NCBI GenBank assembly: GCA_040437565.1
Contig: JBDOQK010000003.1
Span: forward strand, 124,001-188,000
Direction of reading: 5' to 3'
Origin: Albugo candida
Lineage: Eukaryota
Length of the DNA: 64,000 bases
The translations under genes were made by a program, and so were the position numbers. Position 1 is the first letter of the stretch. Every line of letters starts with the position of its first letter. This document shows, one piece after another, positions 1 to 13,500 of the stretch. Below the pieces are notes generated by a model. It had not been told where the DNA came from and searched no databases. It saw only the letters and a list, made by a program, of their open reading frames with translations.

Positions 1-586
1 TTTGACAAAAAGAAACCCACCACCAAACATTTCCGCAAGCACGAAGTACGTCCACGCTCCATAACTCTATTCCAAGCAATAATTTGTTGTAAAGGATTCA
101 AAGACAAAGAAATCAAAATCCATCAAAAACGACACGCAAACGGTCGAATCAAAGGATAAGATCGGTTCGTAGTGGTGAGCTCATTCTTTTTACTCCCTGA
201 TATCGTATTATGACGTTAGAGAAAGCAAAGACACGGAAACCGAGTCGACGACAAGAAAGCAAATCAGATATCAAAGCGAATATGACGACTAATATTTGCT
301 TACAGAACGGTGCGAATAAGACGGAAGCGAATGTCAAACCCTTACAAAGCGCAGGCAGCAAAAGCGGAACGTATTCAAAGCATAAAGACAGTCAATCTGA
401 AAAGGTAAGCTTTTGACTTTGGATATCATACGTAATCTGACCATTTCCTTTAGACGCGTAAAAAAGTCTTTGCACCAAAATCGCGTNNNNNNNNNNNNNN
501 NNNNNNNNNNNNNNNNNNNNNNNNNNNNNNNNNNNNNNNNNNNNNNNNNNNNNNNNNNNNNNNNNNNNNNNNNNNNNNNNNNNNNN

Positions 587-1870
587 GAAAACCTCTATAC
601 TTTTATTGTATCAGGACAAAATTAGGTAGGCTACGCCTTAATCAGGTGGAAACTCCTGGACAGGAAACGAAGACATGATGTTTGTGCTGCTTTGTTCATT
701 CTTAAATGCATGAAAAAGGATTCTCGAAAATGCAAGAAACGAGGCAAATGAATAGGTGAAAATCTTGACCCGAGCAGGAAGTTAAAGCTTCGTCAACAGA
801 CATTTACCCGGTTGAGTTATTTTCGACTTCTGATTCCCTTATAAATCCTACATATTTCCCCAAGGCTTCTCACCTGCGCGTTGTTCTCAAATTTTCACCA
901 AGTCGAACGCATCTCCGTACGATTCACAAGATACTCCTACGCGATTTTGCAAAAGATACCACGCATTTCCTAAGCTTTTTGATAAAATGCGACTCATTTT
1001 CCTGAGATTTCTAATAAAGTTCCACGCATTCAAGTGTGAAGCCAACACTTACTCTCTTCGTTATCAAATTACAGCCCTGGTCGCTCCTTCTTTCTTTATT
1101 TACATTTACGATCAAAGTGTCAATGCTATCTCTACTGCTTACTGCCTATGCTATCATCAATAGAACATATACTGGTGACAAGGGAGTGGCTCTGCCACTT
1201 GGTCATGCATCCCAGTCCTCTAGGTAATTTATATAATACATCCTTGTAGTACTTGTATACATCCATCCTTCCAGCAATAAGCATCTACGCCCTTCTTTTC
1301 TAAGATTGTAGCAATATGATTTCTAAGGTTGCGATGGCAGTAGCGATGTAACCAAGTCAAAAAATTCTAAACCACTTGCCGTACCTGCAGCATTCATCAG
1401 CGAGAACGAACACGCGCATCAGATGAAACATGCTTGCTAGTCATTCGGCACTTTGCCACTTAATGATACTTCTTTTCTACCTTTTGCGGCTTTCGGTATT
1501 ACCGATTATGGGTAAGTCATAATCACATAATACCAGCTGTCAAGCAACTGAGTAGTTTATCGTTTCTATCCGCATCATACTCTTAAAACGCAATGTAATG
1601 AAATGTCTAAGGATTACATTAAGCTGCTTTATTGGAGCTGTTCTTGATGTAATGATCTATCAGCCATTGTCAAATCAGAAGACTCATTACCAAGCCAGCA
1701 CCGTTGTGTACCGTGTCGGGAAACAAGCGTCTTTCACTCGATTCTTGAGATTTGTGATTAACTCAATCACATGTGAATCGACTTGTTAGAAATTCTATAC
1801 TTCGACCTGGGAAATCTTCCAGGTCTGTTGGTATAGGTTTTGCCCATTTGGCGCCATACAAATGGTATAA
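587..1870. repeat. Segmental-duplication block Z, copy A (upstream region of the secreted-protein family)
   Basis: Colinear similarity to 33310-34530, ~9870-11050 and 26241-27190; for example TTTTATTGTATCAGGACAAA is shared with copy D, and variants of CCTGCAGCATTC...CGCATCAGATGAAACA recur in all four copies. Confidence 0.85.
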
Positions 1871-2949
1871 AGTGTCCATTTGGATGATCATCGTATTGCA
1901 TCAATTGCGTCTCTTCTTTTCCATGATTCGATAGCAATCAAATTTGACGCGTACAGCTTCTTTTGAAGTTCATAAGAACACCAAACAGATAATCAATTTT
2001 TTTTCATATATTGCAACTGGATACTGAGAAACTCACTCAGCATCAAGTCCACGAGCTAAGACAACCCTCTAGGATCCCTTATCAAGACGCTATGTACTCG
2101 CAGTCGAATTAGTGCAAGGAAATACCCAAAAAGGCAATCACTTGAAGGTTTGAGACGATAGCGGTCTTAGGCTCCCTTTTTTCGTGATTCTCACTGTACT
2201 TCACACATCAAGTGAGAAACATTTGAAATGGCTATATCAGTTCATTGAAAAACGAAGGTATTTTATCGCCTCTGCTTAGTAAATGCTCCATCAACAAGTG
2301 ATGGGAAGTTGGTTAGTCACATTCCCGATCATTGTTGTGATGAAGTGGCTTAGATTGGGACCATGATTCACGTCCAAAATCCCTGAGAACCATTTAGCGT
2401 GAGTTATTCCTCATTATTTGAAGCATGATCGGACCGTGCTTGTAATCACGTTGAAGAATATTGACTGTGTGGGAAAACCTTACTTCAAGTAAATATGTAT
2501 AGTTCTTGATGCAGTGGGATTAGCTGGTACCCTAAAGCAAATTTCCGGGCTTTGCTATAGCATGGCAATTACCGATTCTCAGAAGCTACACGGATGGGTT
2601 CTTCGGTAGTGAGGCTTTTCGAAATGTGAAAGAAAGACTTGGAAACCTCGCTCCACGCTTCTAAGTCGCTTGCTGACTACCTCAGCAGCCGTAAAACTAC
2701 TCGCTGCAGCAGAGTCAACAATCGATAAACACCCACGCAATAGGAAGGCATGCCGAGAAACTGAGATATGGCATCATGAGCTCGAGGAATGACTTCATCT
2801 TGAATGTTCACTGGACCGTTCGCAATCATGAGTAATTATATCACCATGTTGAGTAGCATTTTGTTTTGTACAGCTCAAAGTTTAATTCGTTTGTGGAGAA
2901 CTCGATACCGCTTTAGTATAAACATTACAATTCGCTTCTACATTTTTCC

Positions 2950-3780
2950 AATGAAGCCGGAGAAAATCCTGCAGATATTCATGACATTATATGAAAAGAA
3001 TGCTTGGATCTTCATCACCACTTCTGACATTCGATTCACGTATTTAACGGCCTCCACTTTCATCGGTGTTTGATTTCATCCGGAAGAAAAACATATAGAC
3101 CCACAATGCACTTACATACTTTATTCAATATCGCATTCGTTCATCTTAATTGCCGAGTGGCCAAATCCCCGAACTAAATTCGTAAGATCAATTGTAATTA
3201 TTGTGCTACTGGCTTTCATGAGCTTGAGCGCTGATTGTACGATTGATTGATCGCAGTAGAGCTCATTGATGCGTCCCAATAATTTAGTGATAATGGGGGT
3301 GTATCCAGCGCAAACGTATGAAATTGCTTTCGATGTGCCATTGAACAATGAGTACTATCTCTTCTGTGATACAGTACACTTCGGATGCCTCAGTAATGCT
3401 TTTCGATCAGAAAAAATAAGTCTTGAGAGAGGCCTCCAGGCATTTGGAGGTAATTATTTAATGGCTATTCGGAGAACAACGTTGCGAAACACTTGCGATT
3501 TTGTGCGATCTGGTACGCATTCGACAATCGTCCGCTCTTTTCTCACTGAAATCTGATGCTAACACATATACACAAAAACGGACGGAATGGGCAACAATTC
3601 AGCTGGAAATTGGGGAATTATGGTACAGTTTGCACAAGGGTTTGTAATTTTCCGAACTAAATTCATTTTGAGACACTTTACTACCACTCGTGAAGGAAGG
3701 AACCATACTATTGAAACTTGCTCCAGCATGTGGCCTTTGATTATGAGTCGTTGCTCATGCACTACCCTACCACTCGCGAT
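2950..3780 (-). pseudogene. Possible decayed Sec1/Munc18 (Vps33-like) gene fragment
   Basis: Broken minus-strand peptides VWFLPSR..QFPAELLPI, AISYVCAGYTPIITKLL and VYMFSSG..TPMKVEAVKYV resemble Vps33 segments in the expected order; many stops; weak match. Confidence 0.3.
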
Positions 3781-4129
3781 ATCAATTACGCATGGTCATG
3801 TTTATACAACATCATAGGATCGCTCTGTGCATTTTGATGAGATAAAATATAGACAATAAGACCATATCGGAGTAGTTGACATGCATTAGCTCAAAGAATG
3901 CTAAAGACAGATGGAGAATTGCTGTACTGTACATTCAATAGTCAGCACAGCCAAATACCGATAAATTTCCTAGTCGAATGATGAGTTGGCGTCGCCCTGA
4001 AAATCGTATCCACCTGATTGGCAGGGCAGCTGTTTACACGCAAATAAAGCTATGAAGCTACTATACTACGTCTGACACGATATTCAAGTAAACCTGCAAG
4101 CCGATGCTCTCTCCAGTTTTTGAAAAATA

Positions 4130-5496
4130 GCCTTTGAAAAATTGGGATGTACCCTACTGACCTTCGGTTCTTCCGAAGCGTATCGCTTGTGACCCGATGA
4201 TGTGAGCGCATACTGAATCAATATCACCCGGTTCTTCCATAGCGTCTCCAATGTGTGAATTCAAATTTCACTAAGGCTGAACGAGGACGGTTGAGGATCG
4301 CCATACTCGACTATCAAAACAGCGCTACGACTCGCTAAAATTTTCTTGCATGATTGGTATGCTGACAGGTGAGTCTTGGAGGTAACCTACGATTTGCTTT
4401 TCAGTATCATAAGCTTCTCATCATCACATGCAGCTGATCGAATCAGATTGGAAGAATTGTGCAGCGGTGTTGAACCTGGCGATGGCACGATTCGGAGAGC
4501 TGGTTCCCGCACTCAAGTTGAGAGTCAATCAAATGCTACGCCAGCCTCTGAATAAAATTTCGATGTGGATTGATCAACAAACCAATTCGCGGAACCTACC
4601 GTTCTGTATGTTCGAATTGATGCAAACGCATCGCAACAAAAACTTTTGAGGTTGAAACTAATTTGATTCCTCATGTAAGGAACATAAACAAGTTACTCAC
4701 CTGAGGAATGACAAGAAGAGTTTTTTTAGGCACATCAGAGAGACTTGTGCGCCATTACAGAGATTTAATCTCAACAACACTTTTCAGCATCTCATTTTGT
4801 ATCTTGTCAAGCGGGAGAGAACCGCATCAGACATATCATATGCGAAGATCTTTAGTCGGTCCTTACCAGAACTAATCTCAATCATGTGAACTTGCAACGC
4901 ACTATGTAAACGTGGTAACGATCAACACGTGCGCATAAGTCGGACACGAGACTCCCTCTTTCTGGACCAAGCTCCACAATGTTGATAGTTCGGGTGATCC
5001 CATTTCTTTCCATGTGGGAATACACCAAATTGCGATCAGACATTTGACGGATTTACGGAGCCGTGGTAAAGTCGCCCTTTACGCCGAATACGTCTTTCTT
5101 CATGTAATGCCCATGTGTAGGATGCGCTAGTGCCTTAAGTAGTTTGAGAGCGAATTGTACGAGCAAATTCACTCTTTGCATGTATTCTGCCACGGTTATC
5201 GGTCCTTTAACGTCGATCGAGCTACATAAAATAGAAGCAAGCTCCTTCTATTGTCCGATTTCGCTTTCAAATCCAACGCGTTGTAGCTGTCATGACCAAA
5301 GTGTCCTGGGCGATTTCACTGCAGAATTCTCTACTTGTATATAAACGTATCGTTCGTCATTTTGGGGCACTTTGATGTCTTTCTTACACACAATGACTCG
5401 AGTCTGCGTGAACGAATCGGTGGTTTTTATCGAGGCTGAATGAACGCGTGAGAACGATTGAATAGCGTCTTTATAATGTCGGAATCGGAACCACAT
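4130..5496 (-). pseudogene. NDUFAF7: NDUFAF7/MidA complex I assembly arginine methyltransferase pseudogene, copy 1
   Basis: Minus strand reads MWFRFRH (transit-like), KGPITVAEYMQR, ALAHPTHGHYMKKDVFGVKGDFTTAP*, IVELGPERGSLVSD and VLIVEYG..EEPGDID, interrupted by stops and frameshifts. Confidence 0.85.
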
Positions 5497-5939
5497 ATAT
5501 TTGTATTTTCAGACTCAGATCAGTACAGCAATGGACTAGTGTCAGACTAAGGTCGAATGCGATCATGTAGGTCTCCAAGACATTCCATGCGATTTAGACT
5601 GAGCGCATACAAAAGTACTTTCGAAAGTTTCGATACGATCAGCAGAAATATACCGTTTTCAGGTAGCAGTATTCACATTCAGCAGTCACATCGCATAGTA
5701 CCAGCTTCTTCCAGGCATGTTTGAATCGCTGCGTTCAAAGTCGATATGAAGTTTCATGTAGCATCCACTCCATGGAAGACTATAAAAGGCTTCCATTTTG
5801 GTCCTTCTGATCAATTGCTTGTTAGGCAAAGTTTCGTGCAGATGTATACCCCAGATGTGCGCTTTAACGGGTTTGGCTACTCTTTAGGTAGACGGCAATT
5901 ACATCGATCTCCTGGGCAGCTTTGATGTATCATACACTT

Positions 5940-7550
5940 CACAAACATGCAGAAATGCTCACCGCAGAGGTTGCATTGGAGAATATCCAGCAATATGCAG
6001 ATTGTCAGTTTCTCAAGCTACTCAGCACTGAGGAAGCGCTGTTTTAAACGTTGAATGATCATGCATATTGAGTCGGCTGATGCTGAAATATCTTTTGAGT
6101 GTGCAATATTCGTTAATTTAGCTATCGTTTTGTAAAGAGCACTATCTTACAGTGTTAAGTGTCCAAGGTTTAGAATGATATGCGATACAGAATCGAACTA
6201 TTGCAACATTTGAAGTGATGCTACTGAAAGACACTTCCGCCATAGACCTGGAAAGGATACTGAAAAATTAGATGATTCGTAGCAACTGAGATTTAAAATC
6301 CTCTTCTTCTCTGCTTAAGCATTAAATCTTCTATGAGTGTCCGCGAGAAGACTTGATCTACTTGAAGAAGCACAAGTGAATTCCATCTACAAGCCCAGGT
6401 CATTGTGCCTTGAAGGACTATCACCCCAGCCAAACATCTTGCTACAACCACGGGAAATCAAGAGCTATTTCAAAATGGGATGCAAACTAAGGAAGAGCGA
6501 TGAATATTATGGCGACAGAGAAGACAAAAAGCGCAGAACAAATGCAGGAATACTGGGTTGAAAGCGGGATATGATGCTTTAGGTGTAAGCTCAACAGAAT
6601 CGAATTCACAAAGCGATGGAATTGAAAGGAACTGGCAGACTTTAATTGACGATGAAAAGAGCAAGAGCATCAACAGAGGACATGGTTTGTAGAATGCAGC
6701 AAATGAGATGGTCGCATGTCCTTCAACCCTTTCACCGTACCGAGTCTGTGAAGTTTGAAAAATTCGCTGCATTACTTCGGATACTTGCAATAGATTTCTA
6801 CAATATTTTTGCTATATCGCTTTGACAAGAGACGCATTTGCCGTGGGAAAATGTATCCGTTTGAAACGAGCAACTTTTGTATTGATTTTGACTGCGTTTT
6901 ACGTCGATACGGAGATCAATCATATTGGCTTTGTTACTTTTATTGCTCTCTGATAACAAATATCACGAGCCGAAGAGTGACTAAAATATCTGAATTGGGA
7001 TTGGTCGTCCATTCCGGTGGAAAGCACGTCAAGTATTCATCCAGTCCACCAAATGCCTCGACATCCGCACTCTTCACGTCGATCTTCCGTCCGAGAGGTC
7101 CTATTGGTACGTCTCAATGGTTCACTTAGTACCACGTACGCCAGCGAAGCTTGGCTGAATATACTTATAGCTCCCTCTGAACAGCAATACACGAATTTGC
7201 GATGAGTACTTTTGATTACAAATTCACTTGCATAACGATTGAATCAGTGGTTTGGCTCGGCATTTTCGCTCATTTTTTTCAGGTATGTAACGAAGCGATC
7301 CGAATCATTCACTTAAGTAAACACAAGCTGAGCTATTCGCGACATGATAGCAATCCGTCAACGATTATACAATCGAAGAAGAGTTCAATTCAAGCAGGTT
7401 GCGCGTACTTCAGCGATTGTAACTAAGAATCGGCTAGAAGAGAAGGGAAAGAGGGTAACTCGATACAGCTGATTCTTGTGTCCCTCTATTTCTTGCGATA
7501 TCATTGGCTTCCTTTGAGACGAGATACGCGTTGCAAGAATTTGACCCGTT
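5940..7550. repeat. Segmental-duplication blocks W/X, copy 1 (probably a decayed unidentified gene)
   Basis: Similar to ~11750-13500 and partly to ~21520-21920; ORF pairs 7202/13033 and 6470/12347 give homologous peptides. Confidence 0.75.
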
Positions 7551-8079
7551 TGGAGGCTTCATGCCTCAATAAAGTGATGTGAACCGAAAGATAGAAGATT
7601 CTGCAGCTCATTTTTGTACTCAGACTCGATGTGAGACAAGAGAACGAATAGAAAATTATCTGATTCATTTATTTAAAAGAAATTAGTGTACAGGTCATCC
7701 AGATATATGATGTGCGAGCAGATTCTGCACTATACTGAAGTATTGATTGCCTATGTCTACGTCCGAGTTATCCCAATAGAGTTTATGCTGTCTTTCCAAT
7801 GCGTATAAGATGCACCAGCAAGTTTTTATTCATCGAAATAAACACAGAGTTATTACCGGATCTAAGCTAAGGCGAGCGTAAGTGCATTGATTTCTATGCA
7901 AAATATAAGGAGTCAAAAATATACGCACCCAACTTCTCATTTTAAATAGAGATAGTCAGGGAAATACACGATCGTGTGGCTTCTTGTGCGCATAATTTAC
8001 CATCATCAGGAACCGCATACGGGAAGAGAAAATATATAGTCCAATATTTTGATTCCAATCTATTGCTCCAGTGAGAAGC

Positions 8080-8790
8080 AAACCAGCCATCAATGTTACG
8101 ACAGCTTCAAGGGATTTGCATCAAGTATTGGTATATGCCCAACTCCGAGAGCGACATGCACTCCTGTCTTCCCACTAGCAGCCACTTCTCAAAAAAGTGT
8201 CTATGAAAGATGATGGCGATCTGATTATGGTGAGAGACCCTGTGCTTGTATAGTAACTTGAGATTCCGCTGGAAGAGAACGACGTGATGATTTCCCTCTC
8301 CCATGAAAGAATTGATAAGTGGGCGTTTCGACATTACGGAAGAAGTCGAAAACAAAGAAGCAGTAGAGCTTTAGAGAACAATGCACTTGAGTGATATAGG
8401 GGTCGTACACAACCACCGATTCAGTTTGGATATATGTTATGAAGGATGGAATGTGAAGCTTTCATTCAGTTGCGGGAAGTATTATTATCGTTCTGCTACA
8501 CATAAATGAGACTCTTCACCAAGTGATCGCTATACCGACACTAAACGTTCTGTATGAAGAGAGAGGTCCATTGTAATTTACGCTGAAATTAACACATGCA
8601 ATTGCAAAAGTAGTGAGACCACAACGATGGAAGCAGTTCATAGTATAGCTTTGAGCTAAAGAAGCAACATAAGAGGTTTCAATATGCTTTGCACTCTTCT
8701 GCAAAAAAGTGGATTCCTTCAATAGCGGATGTATTGTATAGTTCACAGCTTGGTTTTATGCTAACAACTTGAATTCAAAAGAACCTAGTT
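8080..8790. repeat. Segmental-duplication block Y (downstream flank of the family gene), copy 1
   Basis: Colinear similarity to ~22580-23290, e.g. AAAGAAGCAA..TAA.AGGTTTCA and AAGAACCTAGTTT. Confidence 0.65.
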
Positions 8791-8850
8791 TTTCGCGTTG
8801 TGCCTCCTATTCTTCTGTTGTTTGTCGCAGTTGATGTTCTTATCGCTTGT

Positions 8851-9722
8851 CTACCTGTGTGTCTCATACCATGGCTTTGATAGTAGCGTGATCTTATCCT
8901 TGAGATCGTCTCCATCTACTTTGGTGTCTATTTTTCTTCGCAGTCCTTTTCTTTTCTTTTTCTTGCCGGCGTTGACGCACTCATTGCTTGCCGACGCTTG
9001 TGTCCACAGTGATGCCTCCGTTTGTGTCATGGACTCCTCCTGCCCTTCGTCTACATCGTTACTGTTCGTATCCCTCGTATAGACGACTTTCCCATTACTT
9101 GCCGGCGTGGTTGGCTCGTCCATTTGGCTTACTAATCTTTTCAATTCGTGCTCGAGTTCCTCTATATTCATCCTGGCTACTGAATTTTTCCGCAGCTCTT
9201 TATCTTTCATTTTCTTTTTGGAACTGACCATCTCATTGTTTGTAAATTTGGATGCCCCATCAGCCTCGTTCGATCGTATCGTGAGCTTGTTCATGGAGCT
9301 TCTTTCATCTTCAGGGGGTCCGTATACGTCTTCCCATACGCGAGAAGAAGATTGTTTGCAAGCATTTCTTTTCCCTTATCGTATCGCCTCTTGCTGATAC
9401 CCTACCCAATTCCTCAAAGCTTGAACTAGGTGTACAAGAGATTTAGGTGGTGAATCTATACATGCCCGGACAAAAGAAAAGAGTGGGATTCAGTTAAACT
9501 TTCCAATGTTGGCAATTGTACACAACCTGTACCTATGCAAACGATGCAAGCTTTCATTTCGCCATCTACTTTCTCAATAAGGGGCATCCAGAAGGCTTTC
9601 TGGTCATCGGGAAGCTTTTGCTTTAATAGTTCAAGTTCGCGAGCCAACTCTGGTTGTTGCTGACTCGAATTGAACATCATGAACGCGATGGTGGCGAGGT
9701 ATTGAGCAGCAATGCGAGTCAT
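8851..9722 (-). pseudogene. Secreted-protein (candidate effector) family copy E1, inactivated
   Basis: ATG at 9722 gives MTRIAAQYLATIAFMMFNSSQQ (signal-like). Frameshift near 9470-9480, TAA at 9378-9376, and donor GT>GG at 9374 of the homologous intron (9374-9330). Exon 2 ends with KKKKRKGLRRKIDTKVDGDDLKDKITLLSKP. Confidence 0.75.
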
Positions 9723-9869
9723 TCTTGCCAATTCGTCCAATTTGAGGTGTGCAGTCGATAGCGTCTCGAAAAGTGAGATGTCGGATGCAACCACGATAGC
9801 TAACCCGGACGATGAAAGTGGCACCTGCGACGGCGTTACGATTCGGAATCTTACGAAGCAAACTCCCTG

Positions 9870-11050
9870 TACGTCTATATTTTGTCTTCCCTGAATATAA
9901 AGATGACGCTTTTTGGTGCATGAAAAAAGATATCTTTTGGATGAAAAAGGAAAACAAATAAATAGGTGAAATCATGACTCGAGCGGGAAGATAAGGCCTA
10001 CTCACCTACTCGCCTACTCACCAGACACTTTCTAAGAAATCTCGGTTTGCTAAGACTCGACTCCTGATTCCTTAAATTTTGCTTGATTTTCCGATGAATT
10101 CCCACACGTAGCTTGAGGCTTCTGGTACTTGAAATACTACGCGTTTTTCTGAGGCTTCTAGTACCAGTAAAATAATCGAACGTATTATTACCAATAGCTT
10201 CCACGCGTTTTCTCTGAGCTTTCTAGTAAATCCGACGCATCTCCCTACATTTTTATTTTTATAAATTACCACACATTCACTGGCATTCGAGTATAAGGTG
10301 GATAAACGCTCTCTTGATTCTTAAAACACAGCTATGATCTCTCTTTCTTCTTTATTTACAATTACGATCACTGCTCAGGTTACGGCATAGGCTATCTGTC
10401 ATTAGCAGCACATATACTGGTTAAATGGGAGGAACTGTACCACTTGATGATGCATCGCAAAAGCAGGCGTCCCCTCATGACTTGATATAGTCCATGTTTG
10501 TGATTATTCGTCTTCTTCCATCATTCCAGCGACAAACAAGTATTGTACCAATATTACAAAGCTTAGGATTGCGATACCACTTGTCGTGCCTGCAGCATTC
10601 GTCATCAAAAGAGAACGAGCGCAATAGATGGAACATGCTTTATTATGCGTTGGCCATACCAACCAGCTAATTCTCCGCCTTTTTTACTTTTGGTAGTGCC
10701 AATTAAGCTGTAACGTAACATAAAGAATAATTATGCAGAAAATGAACTGTGTATATCGCTAACGTGCACCATACTCTTGCATAAGGTGATGAAAAGTGTC
10801 TGATTCATATCGGGATACTCTAATGGAGATGTCCTTGATGAATACTGAATTACTCCATTGAGCATTCAGAAGCGGAAAGAACAATAGCAAGCCATTATTT
10901 GTAGTACTCTTACGCAATCCTAGCTTAAAAAGGATACTCCACTTCTATCACGTTTGTTATCGGTTTTGTAAGAATTTTGAACTTTGACCAAACGAGTGGT
11001 TCAGGTCAAGTCGGACTATTATCCCGACTTGGGCATCTTACTACCTCATT
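9870..11050. repeat. Segmental-duplication block Z, copy B
   Basis: Similar to 587-1870 (AATAGGTGAAA..TGAC.CGAGC.GGAAG; TTTATTTACA.TTACGATCA); directly upstream of E1. Confidence 0.8.
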
Positions 11051-11299
11051 TACCATATGGATGATCATTGATGGCCCGTAACGCATCGAATGCATCGACT
11101 TCGTTACTTGATGTGCTGACAACTCAATTTTCGTACCCGACCCTAACAGCTCTGTATGCTATATGTCACTAGAGCAATCATAGCTAGCGGCCAAAGCTTT
11201 TTTCGAAGCTCTCAAGGATACCAAACAGATGATGAGTCCAGAAGATGACTCACCACTTTAGAATCATTCTTCAAGACAAAGCTCATAGAACCATTCGAA

Positions 11300-11720
11300 A
11301 CTAGCAGGAGTAAGATCAACCATGTGTATTTGCAACGCACTATGGTAAGATGGAAATGATTGGGGCGAATGAAGAAAATCCGACATGACACTCTCCGTTG
11401 CTGGTCCAAGCTCCACCAAGTGCGATCAGTTCTCCAAACATTTTTTGAATGATTTCCGGAGCGTTGGCAAGGTCGCTCTATACGCCGAATGCATCTTCTT
11501 CTATATAAATTAAGTGTGTAGGATGCGCTAATGCCTTGATCGTTGTGAGAGAGAATTCATGAGCAAATATACGAGCAAATTACAACGCTGATCAGACTAC
11601 TTAGAATATCAGAGAGCTCGTTCCAATACCGCTTTCGCTGTCAAACGCAACGGGACGTGTATTTGCTGACCGCAAAGTCCTGAACAATTTCATTGTAGAA
11701 CAATCAGCTTGCACAGAGAC
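11300..11720 (-). pseudogene. NDUFAF7: NDUFAF7 pseudogene fragment, copy 2
   Basis: Minus strand reads ALAHPTHLIYIEEDAFGV*SDLANAPEIIQKMFGELIA followed by a VELGP remnant; DNA similar to ~4870-5340. Confidence 0.75.
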
Positions 11721-11749
11721 GGATGTTCTAAAAGTCTTAAATGCTTTAG

Positions 11750-13500
11750 AAACATGCAAAAATTCTCACTGCAGACGTGACATTGATGACCATATTCAGA
11801 TACTTACTTTCTCAAGCTATTTCATAACGTTCAGGTGTAACGATTGAAGAAGCGCTGTTTGAATGCTACATGATCGCGCATCTTTACTCGTTCGATGCTG
11901 CAATATCTCTCAAGTGTGCAGATTTCATCACTCCAGCTATCGTTTTATCAAGAATACTAACATATAGTATTTTTAGAGCACAGGAGAAGGATTAAGTCTC
12001 CGAGCTTTAGAAAGATGTGCGATACAACTCGAACTATTGCAACATCGAAAGCGATGCTACTAAAAGACACTTCAACCGCAGACCTGGAAGTAAATCGGGA
12101 ACTCACGTGCATCTTGGGAATTGATATTGCAATTATCTCGGTCTCTGCTTCAGTGGTGAATGTCCTACGCACTGATCGATGCGAAGGCTAGTGGAAAAGT
12201 ATTTGTTTCTATGAAGTACGTGCAGCTTCATCAGAAGAGAAACAACAATGAGCGCCCGCAAGAAAGACCTGATCTGCTTGAAGAAGCGCAAGCAAAATTT
12301 ACATCTTCAAGCTTAGGTCATGGTCCGTGAAGGAGAATCAATCTCGCTAGAAAACCACTTTTGCTACGACTACCAAGGTTTCAAGAGCTTTGCCAAAATG
12401 GGTGCAACCTAAGGAAGACGCGATGTAAATTATGGAGACGCAGCATAGAAACAGAACAAATGTTGGAATACTGGGCTCAAAAGCGGGATACGATGCTATT
12501 GGTGTAAGCTCAACAGAATCATAATTAATCAAGCGATAGAACCTAATTGACGATGGAAAGAGAAAGAGCATCAATAGACGGACATGTTTTGTAAAGTGCA
12601 GCAAATGAGTTGGTTGCATGTCCTTCAGATCCTTTAACCGTACCGAGTCGGTGAAGTTAGAAAAAATCGCTGCTTTATTTCGGATCCTTGCAATAGATTT
12701 CTACGATAATATTGCTACATCACTTTGACAAGAGACGCATTCGAAACGAGCATCGTAGGTATCGATTCTGGAAGGCCTTCTTTGTTGAAACGGACATCAA
12801 TCACGCTGGCTTTGTTACTTGTATGGATTCTCTCATCTTAAATATTACGAGCTAACGACGGACTGAAACAAAGCAAAGCAGGTCAAGTATCCATACAGTT
12901 CACTGATTGCTTCAATATCCACACTCTTCACGTCGATCATCTTATCTTGCCGGTCCCGTCTGAGAGTTCATATTTGGGTCGTGCGACAATAATCTTACAG
13001 CTTCCTCACAAACAGCAATACACCAGTTTGCGATGAGTAGTTTTGATTACAGACTCACTTGCGGGATCACTGGGCAAGAATTCTGCATTACGATTAAATC
13101 AGTGTTTTGGCTCGGCATTCTTTCGCTCATTTTCTTCAGGTATGTAACGAAGCGATACGAATCATTCAGTTATTGTAAGCACAAGCTGAGCTATGTGCAA
13201 CATGATAGTAATCCATCAACGATTTTACAATCGAAGAGGCGTGAAATTTACGTTCATTGCGCCTACTCCAGCGATTGTAACTAAGAATCATTTAGAGCAA
13301 CAAAAAAGGTTTATTCGAAACAGCTGATTGGCGACAAAAACGCCTCGACCAATGCAAGCTATTACGTAATCGGAACCGAGTGTGCAGCTTCTTGTGCCCC
13401 CAATAGTGCTCTACTTTTCGCGATATCATCCGCACCCATCCTGTGAGACTAGATAACCGTTGCAATTATTGGACACGGTCCGAGTGCTTCGTGTCTCAAC
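11750..13500. repeat. Segmental-duplication blocks W/X, copy 2
   Basis: Colinear similarity to 5940-7550, e.g. TCGAACTATTGCAACAT and AAAGCGGGATA.GATGCT.T.GGTGTAAGCTCAACAGAATC. Confidence 0.75.

Noticed and set aside
1-486. Short ORFs in the first contig fragment
   Set aside because: No recognisable domain and no similarity to other parts of the window.
9520-9550. CIVCIGTGC in E1 as an Albugo CHxC/CCG effector motif
   Set aside because: Spacing does not fit CxxCxxxxxG and the motif is absent from E2 and E3; distant relatedness cannot be excluded without an HMM search.
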